The position numbers and the translations under genes are program-made. This document shows, piece after piece, positions 1-11,025 of a stretch of DNA of 64,000 nt; the stretch's first letter is position 1; each line of letters opens with the position of its first letter. The stretch is from the NCBI GenBank assembly GCA_963716255.1, contig OY970303.1, positions 96,001-160,000 of the forward strand, written 5' to 3'. The notes under the pieces are model-generated. The model was given only the letters and a program-made list of their open reading frames with translations. It had not been told where the DNA came from and did no database searches. The DNA is from an uncultured Gemmatimonadales bacterium. GTDB lineage: Bacteria > Gemmatimonadota > Gemmatimonadetes > Longimicrobiales > Longimicrobiaceae.

Positions 1-323
1 GCTGGCTGCACGAGGGGCGCGACATGACCCTCGGGCAGGCTGCGCTCAAGTACCTGCTGACCTCGCCGGCGGTGATGACCACGCTCCCCAACATCTACAA
101 CGTGGAGCAGCTGGAGGAGTTCGCCGCCGCCTCCGACAAGCCGGACCTTTCGGCGGAGGACATGGAGAGCATCCGCGAGCTGCAGCGCGTGAACTTCCAC
201 GTGCACGAGGAGCACATGCGGTACAAGGGGACCATGCTCCGGGACGGCGAGCCGGTCGCGCCGGTGTACCGTTACGAAGGGGACGGCTACCCGGTCGCGG
301 ACATGGCGGGGGCGGCGGACTGA
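1..323 (+). CDS. Aldo/keto reductase family protein, C-terminal part (starts upstream of window)
   Basis: Frame open from window start; TLGQAALKYLL...TTLPNIYNVEQLEEFAAA resembles an AKR C-terminus. Confidence 0.7.
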   Translation, partial: WLHEGRDMTLGQAALKYLLTSPAVMTTLPNIYNVEQLEEFAAASDKPDLSAEDMESIRELQRVNFHVHEEHMRYKGTMLRDGEPVAPVYRYEGDGYPVADMAGAAD

Positions 324-344
324 CCTGCGGATGAACGGCGCGGC

Positions 345-476
345 TCGGGCGTGCCCCCGGCTGGCGCCGGGGTCGGGCTTCGGCTCCGTTAAGCACGATA
401 CGACCGTGCTTAACGGAGTCGAGCCCCGGCAAACCGCCGCCGGGTCTCGCCCCTTCGGGCCGTAATCCCTCACGCG
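345..476 (+). repeat. Structured intergenic repeat family A, copy 1
   Basis: TCGGGCGTGCCCCCGGCTGGCGCCGGGGTCGGGCTTCGGCTCCGT...ACGGAGTCGAGCCC...GTCTCGCCCCTTCGGGCCGWAATCCCTCACGCG; nine copies in window. Confidence 0.95.
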
Positions 477-523
477 GTTGGGAGCGTGACCCCGGCCTGC
501 TGCCGTTGATTCCCACCGTTCGC

Positions 524-564
524 GAACGAGCCGCCCCGGCCGATGGCCGGGGCGGCTCTCGTTC
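524..564. terminator. GC-rich hairpin, possible terminator
   Basis: GAGCCGCCCCGGCC-GAT-GGCCGGGGCGGCTC inverted repeat; no clear U-tract. Confidence 0.4.
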
Positions 565-708
565 GTCGGGGACCCGGCTGCCGCATGCCGGCCCCCGATC
601 GTGGCGCTCTCCCCTCATCCTGTTGCGCGTCCACCACACTTTCGCGCGTCCCCGTGGGGGCTCCGCCCCACACCTCGCCGGCGCCGGCACCGTCGCCGTC
701 CCCCTCCC

Positions 709-751
709 CTGCAACGTTTCGTTGCATCCGCCGCTGCAAAGTTTCGTTGCA
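709..751. promoter_or_regulatory. Tandem palindromic operator/enhancer sites
   Basis: CTGCAACGTTTCGTTGCA (709-726) and CTGCAAAGTTTCGTTGCA (734-751), each TGCAA-N7-TTGCA. Confidence 0.55.
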
Positions 752-900
752 GATCCGGCGAAGATGGAAAACCGCGTTACAGCGACACACTCGGCTTTCC
801 GCGATTCGGAATCGCAGCGAATCGGTTTATTTCACCTCACGACGACACCTTCCAGCGCCTGCAAAACGCGAAATCCGGCTTTCCGACAATTCGGGATTCC

Positions 901-916
901 GGGTACACGCGTTGCC
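901..916 (+). promoter_or_regulatory. Putative sigma54 (-24/-12) promoter
   Basis: GGGTAC-ACGCG-TTGC vs consensus TGGCAC-N5-TTGC; GG-N10-GC spacing correct; 60 bp before ATG 976. Confidence 0.45.
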
Positions 917-975
917 ATGGTGTCCGGCATGGCGGACCGGTTCCCATCCCATCAAATCCCCCGAGGAGACGGACG

Positions 976-1593
976 ATGAAAGGCAAGTTCATTCGGATGT
1001 GCAGCATCCTGGCGGCTACGGCGGCCCTGTCGTACGGGTGCGGCGAGGCCGCAGCGCCGCTGGCCCCGGAGCAGCCGGCGAACGGGCTGGTAGGCGACGT
1101 CCTCGGCATCGTGACCGAGGTCCTGACGCCCGTGACGGTGCTCCAGCGCACCAATCCCCTGGCGCGGGACATCTCCGTCTCCGAGGAGATCGGCAAGGAC
1201 GGCGGGACCATCGAGATCCGCGAGGCGGGAATCAAGGTCATCTTCCCGAAGAACGCCCTCGCTCCCCCCAAGAGCAAGAAGACGATGACCATCACCGTCA
1301 CCGCCCTCAAGGGCGACGACGTGGCCTACACCTTCCAGCCGCACGGGATCGAGTTCCGCGAGCCGGTCAGGATCGAGCAGGAGTTCAAGGGCACGAACGC
1401 CGAAAGGAACAAGGCGCTCATCGCCAGCCTGGAAGGCGCCTACTTCCCCTCGGTCAACTACCTGGATCCGCTTCGCGGCATCGCCAACGTGCTGGAGTTC
1501 CGGCCCACCAGCATGGACGTGTCCGGGAGCAAGGTCAAGTTCACCGTCGACCACTTCTCCGGCTACCTCATCGCGAGCGGGCGCCACCGGTAG
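976..1593 (+). CDS. Lipoprotein with ZU5-like domain and C-terminal HFS motif
   Basis: AGGAG RBS; lipobox-like LSYGC; IGKDGGTIEI..AGIKVIFPKNAL..FQPHGIEFREPVRI resembles ZU5; ends DHFSGYLIASGRHR. Confidence 0.75.
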   Translation: MKGKFIRMCSILAATAALSYGCGEAAAPLAPEQPANGLVGDVLGIVTEVLTPVTVLQRTNPLARDISVSEEIGKDGGTIEIREAGIKVIFPKNALAPPKSKKTMTITVTALKGDDVAYTFQPHGIEFREPVRIEQEFKGTNAERNKALIASLEGAYFPSVNYLDPLRGIANVLEFRPTSMDVSGSKVKFTVDHFSGYLIASGRHR

Positions 1594-1633
1594 CCACCGG
1601 CCCCGCTCACCACGACAGGAAGCGAGAAGAACC

Positions 1634-1852
1634 ATGACCCTACGATTCATGCGGCGAGCGGGCCGTGCCACCCTCGCCGTGGCCGCCCTGGCCCTGGCGG
1701 GGTGCAGCGCGGACCCGCCGCTCTCGCCCGCCGCCCCGCCGAGCGCGCGGATGTCCACGCAGACCGGCGAAGCATGGCAGCCGGCGGGGAGCGAGTCCCG
1801 CGCCTCCATCTACGTGATCGGCAGCGGGCGGAGCGGGCACGAAGAAGAGTAG
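1634..1852 (+). CDS. Small lipoprotein, possible signalling-peptide precursor
   Basis: Basic N-terminus, hydrophobic stretch, lipobox LAGC; C-terminal SIYVIGSGR. Confidence 0.7.
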   Translation: MTLRFMRRAGRATLAVAALALAGCSADPPLSPAAPPSARMSTQTGEAWQPAGSESRASIYVIGSGRSGHEEE

Positions 1853-1964
1853 ACGCCTCGGGGGCACGGCATCCCGCCGCCGCCCCCGTCCCGGGCCGAC
1901 GCGCACCTCCGCGCGCGGCCCACGCACCACCAGGCCCCGGCCCCACGCCGGAAGGATCGCCCAG

Positions 1965-4900
1965 ATGAGCCTCGTCAGCGCGGAAGCAGGCGCGACCGAC
2001 ACGTTCAGCGTGGAGCCGGGGTTCGACCTCCGCGGCCTCGCGCGGGACCCGCTCACCGACGCACTCCCCCGCGCGGCGTTCGAGGAGCAGCTGGAGCTGC
2101 ACCTGGAGCAGGCCCGCCTGCGGGGCGCGGCGCTGTCGCTCCTGGTGGTGGACCTGGACCACTTCAAGAGCATCAACGACGCGTTCGGGCACAGCCGCGG
2201 CGACGCCGTGCTGCGCGAGTTCGCCGAGCGCGTGCAGGGGATCATCCGGGGCTCCGACCTGCTCTTCCGCTACGGCGGCGACGAGTTCCTCCTGCTCCTC
2301 CCGGAAACCTCGCGCGAGCAGGCCGCGGTGCTGGCGCAGCGGCTCCTCACGCGCATCGGCGCCACGCCGTTCCCCGGCAACCCCGCCGTCTCCGTGTCGC
2401 TGAGCATCGGGGTGGCCAGCTTCCCCGAGGAGGCGCCCGGCGGGTTCGAGCTGTTCGAGCGCGCCGACCGCAGGGTGTACGAGGCGAAGCGCCGCGGCCG
2501 CTCGCGGGTGGTGAGCGACGACCAGGTGCGCCAGGAGACGGGAACGCTGGACCCGCCGGCCCGCCTCGTGGACCGGGAGGAGCCCATGCAGGCGCTGCAC
2601 GGCTTCCTCGCCGGGCTGCGCGAGGGGGGACGGGGCGCTCTGGCGGTGCTGGGCCCGCGCGGCGCGGGACGCACCCGTTTCCTGGCCGAGGCGCGCACCG
2701 CCGCCCTCCTGCAGGGCTACGAGGCCGTGGCGCTGCGCGGCACCCCGGCGCTCCGGGCCCGCGCCTTCGGGGCGCTGCGCGAGTCGCGGCGCGAGTTCCG
2801 CGAGGCGCTCCCGCACTCCCCCCGCGAGCTTGCGGCGCTGCTGGGCGAGATCCAGCGGGTGCGCGCGCGCTCCGGCGTGGTCCTGCTGCTGGACGACGTG
2901 CACGACGTGGACGAGGAGACGCTGGAGCTGCTGCGCGGGATCTTCGAGGGGTGCGACCTGCCGGTGGTGGGGGTGGTGTTCGCCGCCGCCGAGGCGCAGG
3001 CCGACGACCCGCACGCCTGGGAGGGCGAGGTCCGCGCCACCATCGCACTGCGGGAGCTGGGGTGGGAGGGGGTGCGCACCTGGACGCGCACCGTGCTGCG
3101 CTGGGAGCCGCCCGAGGAGCTGCTCGGCTGGCTGCGCCGCGAGACCGGCGGCCTCCCCGGCCGCATGCAGGCGGCGCTGGAGCTGCTGGTGGAGGAGCGG
3201 GCGCTGCAGCGCGCCGCGGACGGGTGGTCGCTGCGCGAGGGATACCAGGGGGTGCAGGTGCCGGCGGACCGCGGCCGGGGGGTCCACGGCGCGCTCCCCG
3301 CGGTGTCCACCAGCATCCTGGGGCGCGACGTGGAGATCGGCGAGGTCAAGCAGCTCCTGCGCGACGGGCGGCTGGTGACCCTCACCGGGCCCGGCGGCAT
3401 CGGCAAGACGCGGCTGGCGATCCAGGTGGCCGCGGAGCTGGCCGAGTCGGCGCCCGGCGGCGTGCACTTCGTGGAGCTGGCGCCGCTCGCCGCCCCGGAG
3501 TTCCTGGTGCCGGCCATCGCCGAGGCGGCCGGGCTCCAGCTCAGCGGCGGGAGCGCCCCCCGGCAGCAGCTCCTGGACTTCCTCCGCGACCGGCAGCTCC
3601 TCCTGGTGCTCGACAACTTCGAGCACCTGGTCGCCGGGGAGGAGCTGGTGGGCGACCTGCTCCGCGCCGCGCCGCGCGTCCGGGTGCTCGCCACCTCGCG
3701 CGAACGGCTCAACCTGCGCGAGGAGGCGGTCTACCCGCTGCGGGGGATGCCCATCCCCCGCGAGGGCGCCGATGCCTCGCCCGCGCACTCCATCGCCCTG
3801 CGGCTGTTCGCCAACCGCGCGCGCCGCCACGACGCCGCCTTCGTGATGGAGCCGGAGGACGTGGGGCACGTGGTGGACGTCTGCCGCATGCTGGGCGGGC
3901 TGCCGCTGGGGATCGAGCTGGCGGCGTCGCTGGTGCGCGTCCTTTCCTGCCGCGAGATCGCCGAGGAGGTGGCCCACAGCTTCGACGCGCTGAGCACGCC
4001 GCTGCGCGACTCGCCGTCGCAGCACCGCAGCCTGCGCGCCGTATTCGACTCGTCGTGGAACCTGCTGGACGCCCGCGAGCGCGACGCGCTGCGCCGCCTG
4101 GCGATGTTCCGCGGCGGCTTCCGCAAGGAGGCGGCGCAGCGCGTGGCCGGCGCCGGGGTGGGGGTGCTCGCCGCGCTGGTGGACAAGTCGCTGCTCACCC
4201 GGACGCCGGCGGGACGCTACCAGCTCCACGAGGTCTTCCGCGCCTACGGCGAGGAAAAGCTGCGCGAGGACGACCCGGCCCGCCGCGAGGCGGGGAGCCG
4301 CTGCTGCGCCTTCTACGCCGCCTTCCTGGCCGGGCGCGCGGGCGAGCTGGTGGGCCCGCGCCAGGCCGAGGCCCGCGCGGAGATCGGCGAGGAGGTGGAG
4401 AACGTGCGGGCTGGGTGGCAGTGGGCGGTGGAGAGCGCGGACGCGGAGGCGCTGGAGGCGTACGTGGAGCCGCTCTTCCGCTTCTACGCGGTGCGCAGCT
4501 GGTACCACGAGGGGGAAGGGCTCTTCGCCTCGGCGGCGGCGCGCGTGGAGCGCGGGACGCCGCTGTTCGCGCGGCTGATCGCCCGGCAGGGGTTCTTCCA
4601 CTCGCGGCTGGGCCGCTACGAGGAGGCGCGCGCGCTCCACCGCGAGAGCCTGGCGATCCTGCGCGCCGGCGGGGGCGCGGACGCGGCGCTCTCGCACTGG
4701 AGCCTGGGGAGCATCGCCCTCAAGCAGGGGCTGCGCAGGAGCGCGGTGCAGTCCTTCCGCCGGGGGCTGCGCCTGTACCGCGAGGCCGGCGACCGCGACG
4801 GGGTGGCGACCTGCCTCAACGAGATGGGGGCGGCGGCGCTGGCGGAGGGGCGCTGGGACGACGCCGAGCGCCTTTTCGCCCGCAGCCGCGGGCTGCGCGA

Positions 4901-5552
4901 GCGCCTGGGCGACCGCTCGGGGCTTGCCCACTGCGTCAACAACCTGGCGCTGGTGGCGGACGCGCTGGGGAGGCGCGAGGAGGCGCTGGAGCTGTTCCGC
5001 GAGAGCCTGCGCATCGCCCGGGAGGTGGGCGACCGGCGCAGCGGTGCCAACGCGCTCCACAACCTGGGCGTGTTCATGCGCCGCGACGCGGACGCGGCCT
5101 CCCCCGCGGCGTTCCGCGAGGCGAAGGCGCTGATCTCGGAGGCGCTGGAGGCGTACCGCGCCATCGGGGCGCAGGAGCAGGTGGCGCTGGCGCTCTACAA
5201 CCTGGCGGACGCGGCCTGCGCGCTGGGCCAGTTCGAGGAGGCCATGGAGCGCCACCGCGAGGCGCTGCGCATCGCGGTGCGCATGGAGGCCACGCCGCTG
5301 GTGCTGGGGATCCTGGCGGGGGTCGCCACCCTCCTGGCGGGCAACGGCGAGCGCGACTTTCCGCTGGAATTGCTGGCGCTGGTGTCGCGCCACCCCGCCG
5401 CCGACCGCGGCGTGCGGGAGCGCGCGGAGCGCTCGCTGGAAGCGCTGCGCTCCACGGTGGCGCCCGAGCGCTTCGCGGAGCTCTGCCGGCGCGCGGAGGG
5501 CCGCGCCGTCCGCGAGGTGCTCCCCGAGCTGATCGGCGCGGCGGCTGCCTGA
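1965..5552 (+). CDS. Diguanylate cyclase fused to degenerate AAA, STAND/NB-ARC-like ATPase and TPR array
   Basis: DLDHFKSINDAFGH and RYGGDEF; GPRGAGRT; GPGGIGKT, LLVLDNFEH, GLPLGIELAA; TPRs (NNLALV, HNLGV, YNLAD). Confidence 0.9.
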   Translation: MSLVSAEAGATDTFSVEPGFDLRGLARDPLTDALPRAAFEEQLELHLEQARLRGAALSLLVVDLDHFKSINDAFGHSRGDAVLREFAERVQGIIRGSDLLFRYGGDEFLLLLPETSREQAAVLAQRLLTRIGATPFPGNPAVSVSLSIGVASFPEEAPGGFELFERADRRVYEAKRRGRSRVVSDDQVRQETGTLDPPARLVDREEPMQALHGFLAGLREGGRGALAVLGPRGAGRTRFLAEARTAALLQGYEAVALRGTPALRARAFGALRESRREFREALPHSPRELAALLGEIQRVRARSGVVLLLDDVHDVDEETLELLRGIFEGCDLPVVGVVFAAAEAQADDPHAWEGEVRATIALRELGWEGVRTWTRTVLRWEPPEELLGWLRRETGGLPGRMQAALELLVEERALQRAADGWSLREGYQGVQVPADRGRGVHGALPAVSTSILGRDVEIGEVKQLLRDGRLVTLTGPGGIGKTRLAIQVAAELAESAPGGVHFVELAPLAAPEFLVPAIAEAAGLQLSGGSAPRQQLLDFLRDRQLLLVLDNFEHLVAGEELVGDLLRAAPRVRVLATSRERLNLREEAVYPLRGMPIPREGADASPAHSIALRLFANRARRHDAAFVMEPEDVGHVVDVCRMLGGLPLGIELAASLVRVLSCREIAEEVAHSFDALSTPLRDSPSQHRSLRAVFDSSWNLLDARERDALRRLAMFRGGFRKEAAQRVAGAGVGVLAALVDKSLLTRTPAGRYQLHEVFRAYGEEKLREDDPARREAGSRCCAFYAAFLAGRAGELVGPRQAEARAEIGEEVENVRAGWQWAVESADAEALEAYVEPLFRFYAVRSWYHEGEGLFASAAARVERGTPLFARLIARQGFFHSRLGRYEEARALHRESLAILRAGGGADAALSHWSLGSIALKQGLRRSAVQSFRRGLRLYREAGDRDGVATCLNEMGAAALAEGRWDDAERLFARSRGLRERLGDRSGLAHCVNNLALVADALGRREEALELFRESLRIAREVGDRRSGANALHNLGVFMRRDADAASPAAFREAKALISEALEAYRAIGAQEQVALALYNLADAACALGQFEEAMERHREALRIAVRMEATPLVLGILAGVATLLAGNGERDFPLELLALVSRHPAADRGVRERAERSLEALRSTVAPERFAELCRRAEGRAVREVLPELIGAAAA

Positions 5553-5572
5553 CGGGCCCCCGCGCCGGACCC

Positions 5573-5706
5573 CGCGTGAGGGATTTCGGCCCGGAGGGGC
5601 GAGACCCCGCGGGCAGTTTCGCGGGGGCTCGACTCCGTTGCAAACGGTAGTCTCGTTTGCTACGGAGCCGAAGCCCGACCCCGGCGACAGCCGGGGGCAC
5701 GCCCGA
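5573..5706 (-). repeat. Repeat family A, copy 2
   Basis: Reverse complement of family A consensus. Confidence 0.95.
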
Positions 5707-5823
5707 CCCCGCAGTTCAATGCCGCACCGGGCGCACAACATGCGTTCTCACGTTCCCGACCCCCTCCCGTAGAACCCATCCTCGACGTCCTTCCCGGTGC
5801 ACGTCCCCCGAACCACGATCCCC

Positions 5824-6854
<1,031 letters not shown>

Positions 6855-6858
<4 letters not shown>

Positions 6859-8573
6859 TCGCGTTCGAGAGCGGCGGCGCGGACCTGCACCCGGAGGTTC
6901 TGGAGCGGATCGAGGCCGGGCGCACGGCGGAGATGGGGGGGCGCCGCGAGGAGGCGCGCGACCACTACGAGGCCGCGCTGCACGCGCTGCGCACCCCGGT
7001 GCAGGCCCGCCTGGCGGCCACCATCATCCGCTGGATCGGCCGCACGCACCGCGCGGACGGGACCTTCGACGCGGTGGAGGACTGCGCCGAGGCGGCGCTG
7101 GCGATCTCCACCGCCTGCGACGACGCGGCGGGGACGGCGCACGCGCTCAACCTGCTGGGCGGGGCCAGCCAGCAGCGCGGCGAGCTGGAGAAGGCGGCGG
7201 AGCTGTTCCGCAGCGCCTACCAGCACGCGCAGGGGGTGGGCGACTACGAGCTGATCGCCATGACGCAGCTCAACCTGGGGGTGGTGGCGAACATCCAGGG
7301 GAACCTGCACGCGGCGCGGGAGCGCTACTCGGCGGCGCTGGACGGCTTCCGCGCCATGGGCAACGAGTCCAACGTCCCCTTCGTCCTCAACAACCTGGGG
7401 ATGCTGTACACGGACCTGGGCCAGTGGGAGGCGGCCGAGAGCCACTACGCGGACGCCATGGAGGTGTGCGCGCGAACCGGCAACGTGAGCGCGCGAATCA
7501 GCATCGAGGTGAACCGGGCGGAGCTGTCGCTGGCCCGCGACGACTTCGAGGGGGCACGCGCGTCGTGCGACGCGGCCTTCGAGCTGATCCAGCGCACCGG
7601 CGAGACGCGCGCGCTCGGCGACCTGCACAAGCACTACGGCATCCTCCACCGCGACACCGGCGAGCTGTGGCGCGCCGAGAACCACCTGGGGCGCGCGGCG
7701 GCCATCGCGGACGAGCGGCAGGACCTGCTCCTGGCGGCGGAAACGGCGCGCGAGCAGGCGGAGCTGTTCTGGCGGCAGCAGCGCAACCAGGACACGCTGC
7801 GCGCGCTGAACCGCGCGTACCGCTGGTTCACGCAGCTGCGCGCGCGCCGCGAGCTGGCGGACATCGACGGGCGCATGGCGACGCTGGAGGCCATGTTCCT
7901 GGAGATCGTGCACCGCTGGGGCGAGTCCATCGAATCGGCGGACGCGTACACGCAGGGGCACTGCATGCGCGTGGCGGACTATGCCTGCGCGCTCGCCGAG
8001 GAGGTCATGCGCCGCCGCGCGGACCACCCGGACCACGCGGGCGCCGAGGGGCTCAACGAGCAGACGCTGCTCTGGTTCCGGATGGGGGCGCTGCTGCACG
8101 ACGTGGGGAAGCTGGACGTGCCGGTGGCGGTGCTCAACAAGGCGGGGGCGCTGACGCCCGCGGAGCGCATCATCATGGAGCGCCACCCGGACGCGGGGGT
8201 GGAGCTGCTGGCGGACATCGAGTTCCCGTGGGACATCCGCCCCATGGTTCGGCACCACCACGAGCGCTGGTCGGGCGGCGGGTATCCCACCGGCGTCGCG
8301 GGCGAGGCCATCCCGCTCTCCGCGCGCATCCTGTGCATCGCGGACGTGTTCGACGCGCTCACCACCGACCGCCCCTACCGCCGCGGCTACTCCCCGGCGC
8401 AGGCGCTGGAGATCATGGGCGGCAGCATGCGCGAGCACTTCGACCCGGAGCTGCTGGGGCCGTGGGCGGAGATCTGCGCGCGGCTGTTCCCGGCGCCCGA
8501 GCCGGCGCCCGCGGTGGCGCCGACACCGGTGGCGGTGCCGTTCCGCGTGGCAGTCAGCCCGGTGCCCGCCTGA
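6855..8573 (+). CDS. TPR-containing HD-GYP phosphodiesterase
   Basis: ATGA overlap with upstream gene; TPRs; YTQGHCMRV, LLHDVGK, HHHERWSGGGYP, ADVFDALTTDRPYR. Confidence 0.9.
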
Positions 8574-8639
8574 TCCGGCTGCGGCCGCACAGCAAGTCCC
8601 GAAGCCAACCATATTCCTCCGCCTCCGACATTTCCGTCC

Positions 8640-9278
8640 ATGCACGTGCAGCTGACGAAAGCCTGTCCCTTCTGCGCCGAACAGATTCAGCCCGCAGCCA
8701 TCGTCTGCCGCCACTGCGGGCATGATCTGGTCGCCGCCGCGCGCCGCACTCTGCCGCCCCCGCGGCGCAACCGGCAGGACGAGTCGACCTTTGCCAACGT
8801 CATGGTCGGAATCGCTGCGGTCGCCGTCTTCGCGGCCGCCGGGCTGTTCATGTGGAGGGACGCCGAGCAGGCACCCGTTGCGGCCGCGGAACCGCTCCCC
8901 GCCCCCCCACCCGTGCCGGTGCCGCCACTCGTCGTCCCCGTGCTCGATGTGAATGCCATGCAGGTCTCCGCGGGCGGTGCCTTCCGGGTCTCGTTCACCA
9001 TAGACGACCCGAGAAGGTGCATCCTGACCGGGCGAGTCCTGGGGCTGACCGGAGGGAAGCGCGACGTCGAGGTGTACGTGCTGGACCAGGACGGCTACAT
9101 CAACTGGAGCAACGGCACCGCGGGTGAGTCCATCTTCGACAGCGGGCGCAGGGCGGCGGCCACTCTGGACGTACTCCTACCCGGACCCGGCGAATACCAC
9201 CTGCTCGTGTCGAACCGCTTCTCCGTCGTGTCGGACAAGATCGTCCAGGTCGAGGACGCACTCGTGACCTGCGGCTGA
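8640..9278 (+). CDS. Zinc-ribbon single-pass membrane protein
   Basis: CPFCAE..CRHCG, one TM segment, beta-rich C-terminal domain. Confidence 0.75.
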   Translation: MHVQLTKACPFCAEQIQPAAIVCRHCGHDLVAAARRTLPPPRRNRQDESTFANVMVGIAAVAVFAAAGLFMWRDAEQAPVAAAEPLPAPPPVPVPPLVVPVLDVNAMQVSAGGAFRVSFTIDDPRRCILTGRVLGLTGGKRDVEVYVLDQDGYINWSNGTAGESIFDSGRRAAATLDVLLPGPGEYHLLVSNRFSVVSDKIVQVEDALVTCG

Positions 9279-9301
9279 CGAGCCGTTTTCGATCAGGGAG
9301 A

Positions 9302-9335
9302 AGAGCCGCCCCGACCATCCGGCCGGGGCGGCTCT
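9302..9335. terminator. Hairpin between convergent genes
   Basis: AGAGCCGCCCCG...CGGGGCGGCTCT. Confidence 0.5.
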
Positions 9336-9377
9336 CCGCGTTCGGGGTGCCGCAGCGGATCGCCGCCGGGCCGCAGC

Positions 9378-9710
9378 CTACGCGGCCACCGGCTCCCGGG
9401 TGGCCCGCGCCTCGGCTTCCAGCTCGCGGCGGAGCAGACGGGCGTCCAGCACGAAGGGCCCGAACGGGACCACGGACGCGGCGAGCGCCAGGGCGACCCG
9501 GCCGAGCGGCCAGCGGCGCTCCAGCGCCACCTGCAGGGCGGCGGCGACGAAGAGGAGAAAGAGGACGCCGTGCGCCATGCCGACCACGCGCACCATCTCC
9601 GGCATCCCGGCGAGGTACTTGAGCGGCATCGCGACGCCGAGGAGGACGATGAACGAGAGGCCTTCCAGCAGCCCGATCGCGCGGAGGCGGGCCAGGGGAG
9701 TTCTGAACAC
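9378..9710 (-). CDS. DUF3817-like membrane protein
   Basis: GTG start; EGLSFIVLLGVAMPLKY, GMAHGVLF, ASVVPFGPF. Confidence 0.8.
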   Translation of the reverse strand: MFRTPLARLRAIGLLEGLSFIVLLGVAMPLKYLAGMPEMVRVVGMAHGVLFLLFVAAALQVALERRWPLGRVALALAASVVPFGPFVLDARLLRRELEAEARATREPVAA

Positions 9711-10038
9711 TGCGTTCGATCCTGAGAGGGAGTTCGACGACGGGCGCCCCGTGCGCCGCGGGAACAAGACTACCCACGAGCGGCCGGATCGTGCAACCAC
9801 CCGCGGGTCCGCCGTCCGCCGGCGCTGGGGACCGCGCGCCCCAGCAGTGTCCACGCCGCGTCCCGATCCGCCGCCGGATGGCGGCAGCACCCCTCCGGCC
9901 ACGTCCCGCTAAGTAGAAACCGGACATTCCCCTGCGGGCGCCCTCACACCGTGCTGCGACACGGCGCGCGGGGTGCAATCGCCCGGCTCCGTCGGGAACG
10001 GCCGGCATCGACTGCAACCCCGGACGGAGGGTGCGCGC

Positions 10039-10926
10039 GTGCGAAAGTGGCTGAGGCGGATCGGCATCGGGCTGGGCGGGCTGGTGGCGCTGCTGGTGGT
10101 CGCGGCGGGCGTGATGTACGCGATGGGAAGGTCGAAGCTGGGCCGCACCTACGGCACGCCCACGGGCGTGCTGGCGGGCGTCGCCGTGGACCCCGCCGCG
10201 GTGGAGCGCGGCCGGCACCTGATGCAGGTGCACGCGTGCCAGGAGTGCCACGACAGCGACCTGTCCGGGAAGGTGTTCCTGGACATCCCGCCCGGGTTGA
10301 TCGTGGCGCCCAACCTGACGCGCGGCCGCGGCGGCGTGGGAGCGCGCTACACCGACGCGGACTGGGACCGCGCCGTGCGGCACGGGCTGCGGCGCGACGG
10401 ACGGACCCTCCTCCCCTTCATGCCCTTCCGGCTCTACAACCGTCTGGGCGACGCGGACGCCGCCGCGCTGATCGCCTACCTGAAGACGCTGCCGCCCGTG
10501 GACCACGAGGTCCCCGCGACGGAGGTCCGCCTCCCCGGCTACGCCATGGTGACGATGATGGGCGACGACGGGCTGCGCGGCGGCATCGACGGCTCGCCGC
10601 CGCGGAAGGCGCCTCCCCCGCCCGGCCCCACCGCGGAATACGGCGCGTACCTGGCCTCCACCACGTGCGTGGAGTGCCACGGCGAGCGGCTGGAGGGCGG
10701 CCAGCACCCCGCGCCCGAGGCGCCCCCCGGGCCCGAGCTTTCGCACGCGGGCGGCTGGCCGTTCGCCGACTTCGCGCGGACGGTGCGGACCGGCGTGGCC
10801 CCCGGCGGACGGCGGCTCAGCGAGTGGATGCCCTCGCGCTACTTCCGCGAGATGACGGACACCGAGCTCCAGGCCCTGCAGGCGTACCTGAAGACGCTTC
10901 CCGCCGCCCCTCCCCCGGCCCGCTGA
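10039..10926 (+). CDS. Membrane-anchored di-haem cytochrome c
   Basis: GGAGG RBS with GTG start; N-terminal TM; CQECH and CVECH; APNLT. Confidence 0.9.
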   Translation: MRKWLRRIGIGLGGLVALLVVAAGVMYAMGRSKLGRTYGTPTGVLAGVAVDPAAVERGRHLMQVHACQECHDSDLSGKVFLDIPPGLIVAPNLTRGRGGVGARYTDADWDRAVRHGLRRDGRTLLPFMPFRLYNRLGDADAAALIAYLKTLPPVDHEVPATEVRLPGYAMVTMMGDDGLRGGIDGSPPRKAPPPPGPTAEYGAYLASTTCVECHGERLEGGQHPAPEAPPGPELSHAGGWPFADFARTVRTGVAPGGRRLSEWMPSRYFREMTDTELQALQAYLKTLPAAPPPAR

Positions 10927-11025
10927 GCGCCCGCGCATCGCACGATCCTTGCACCGGTTCCGCGCCCCCGGCCCGCGCGCTGCGCGGGCCGGCGCAACCG
11001 ACTGAAACGCAAGGAGGTACGAGCG

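Noticed and set aside
10938..10953. Sigma54-like TCGCACGATCCTTGCA upstream of pfpI
   Set aside because: Lacks the near-invariant GG at -24
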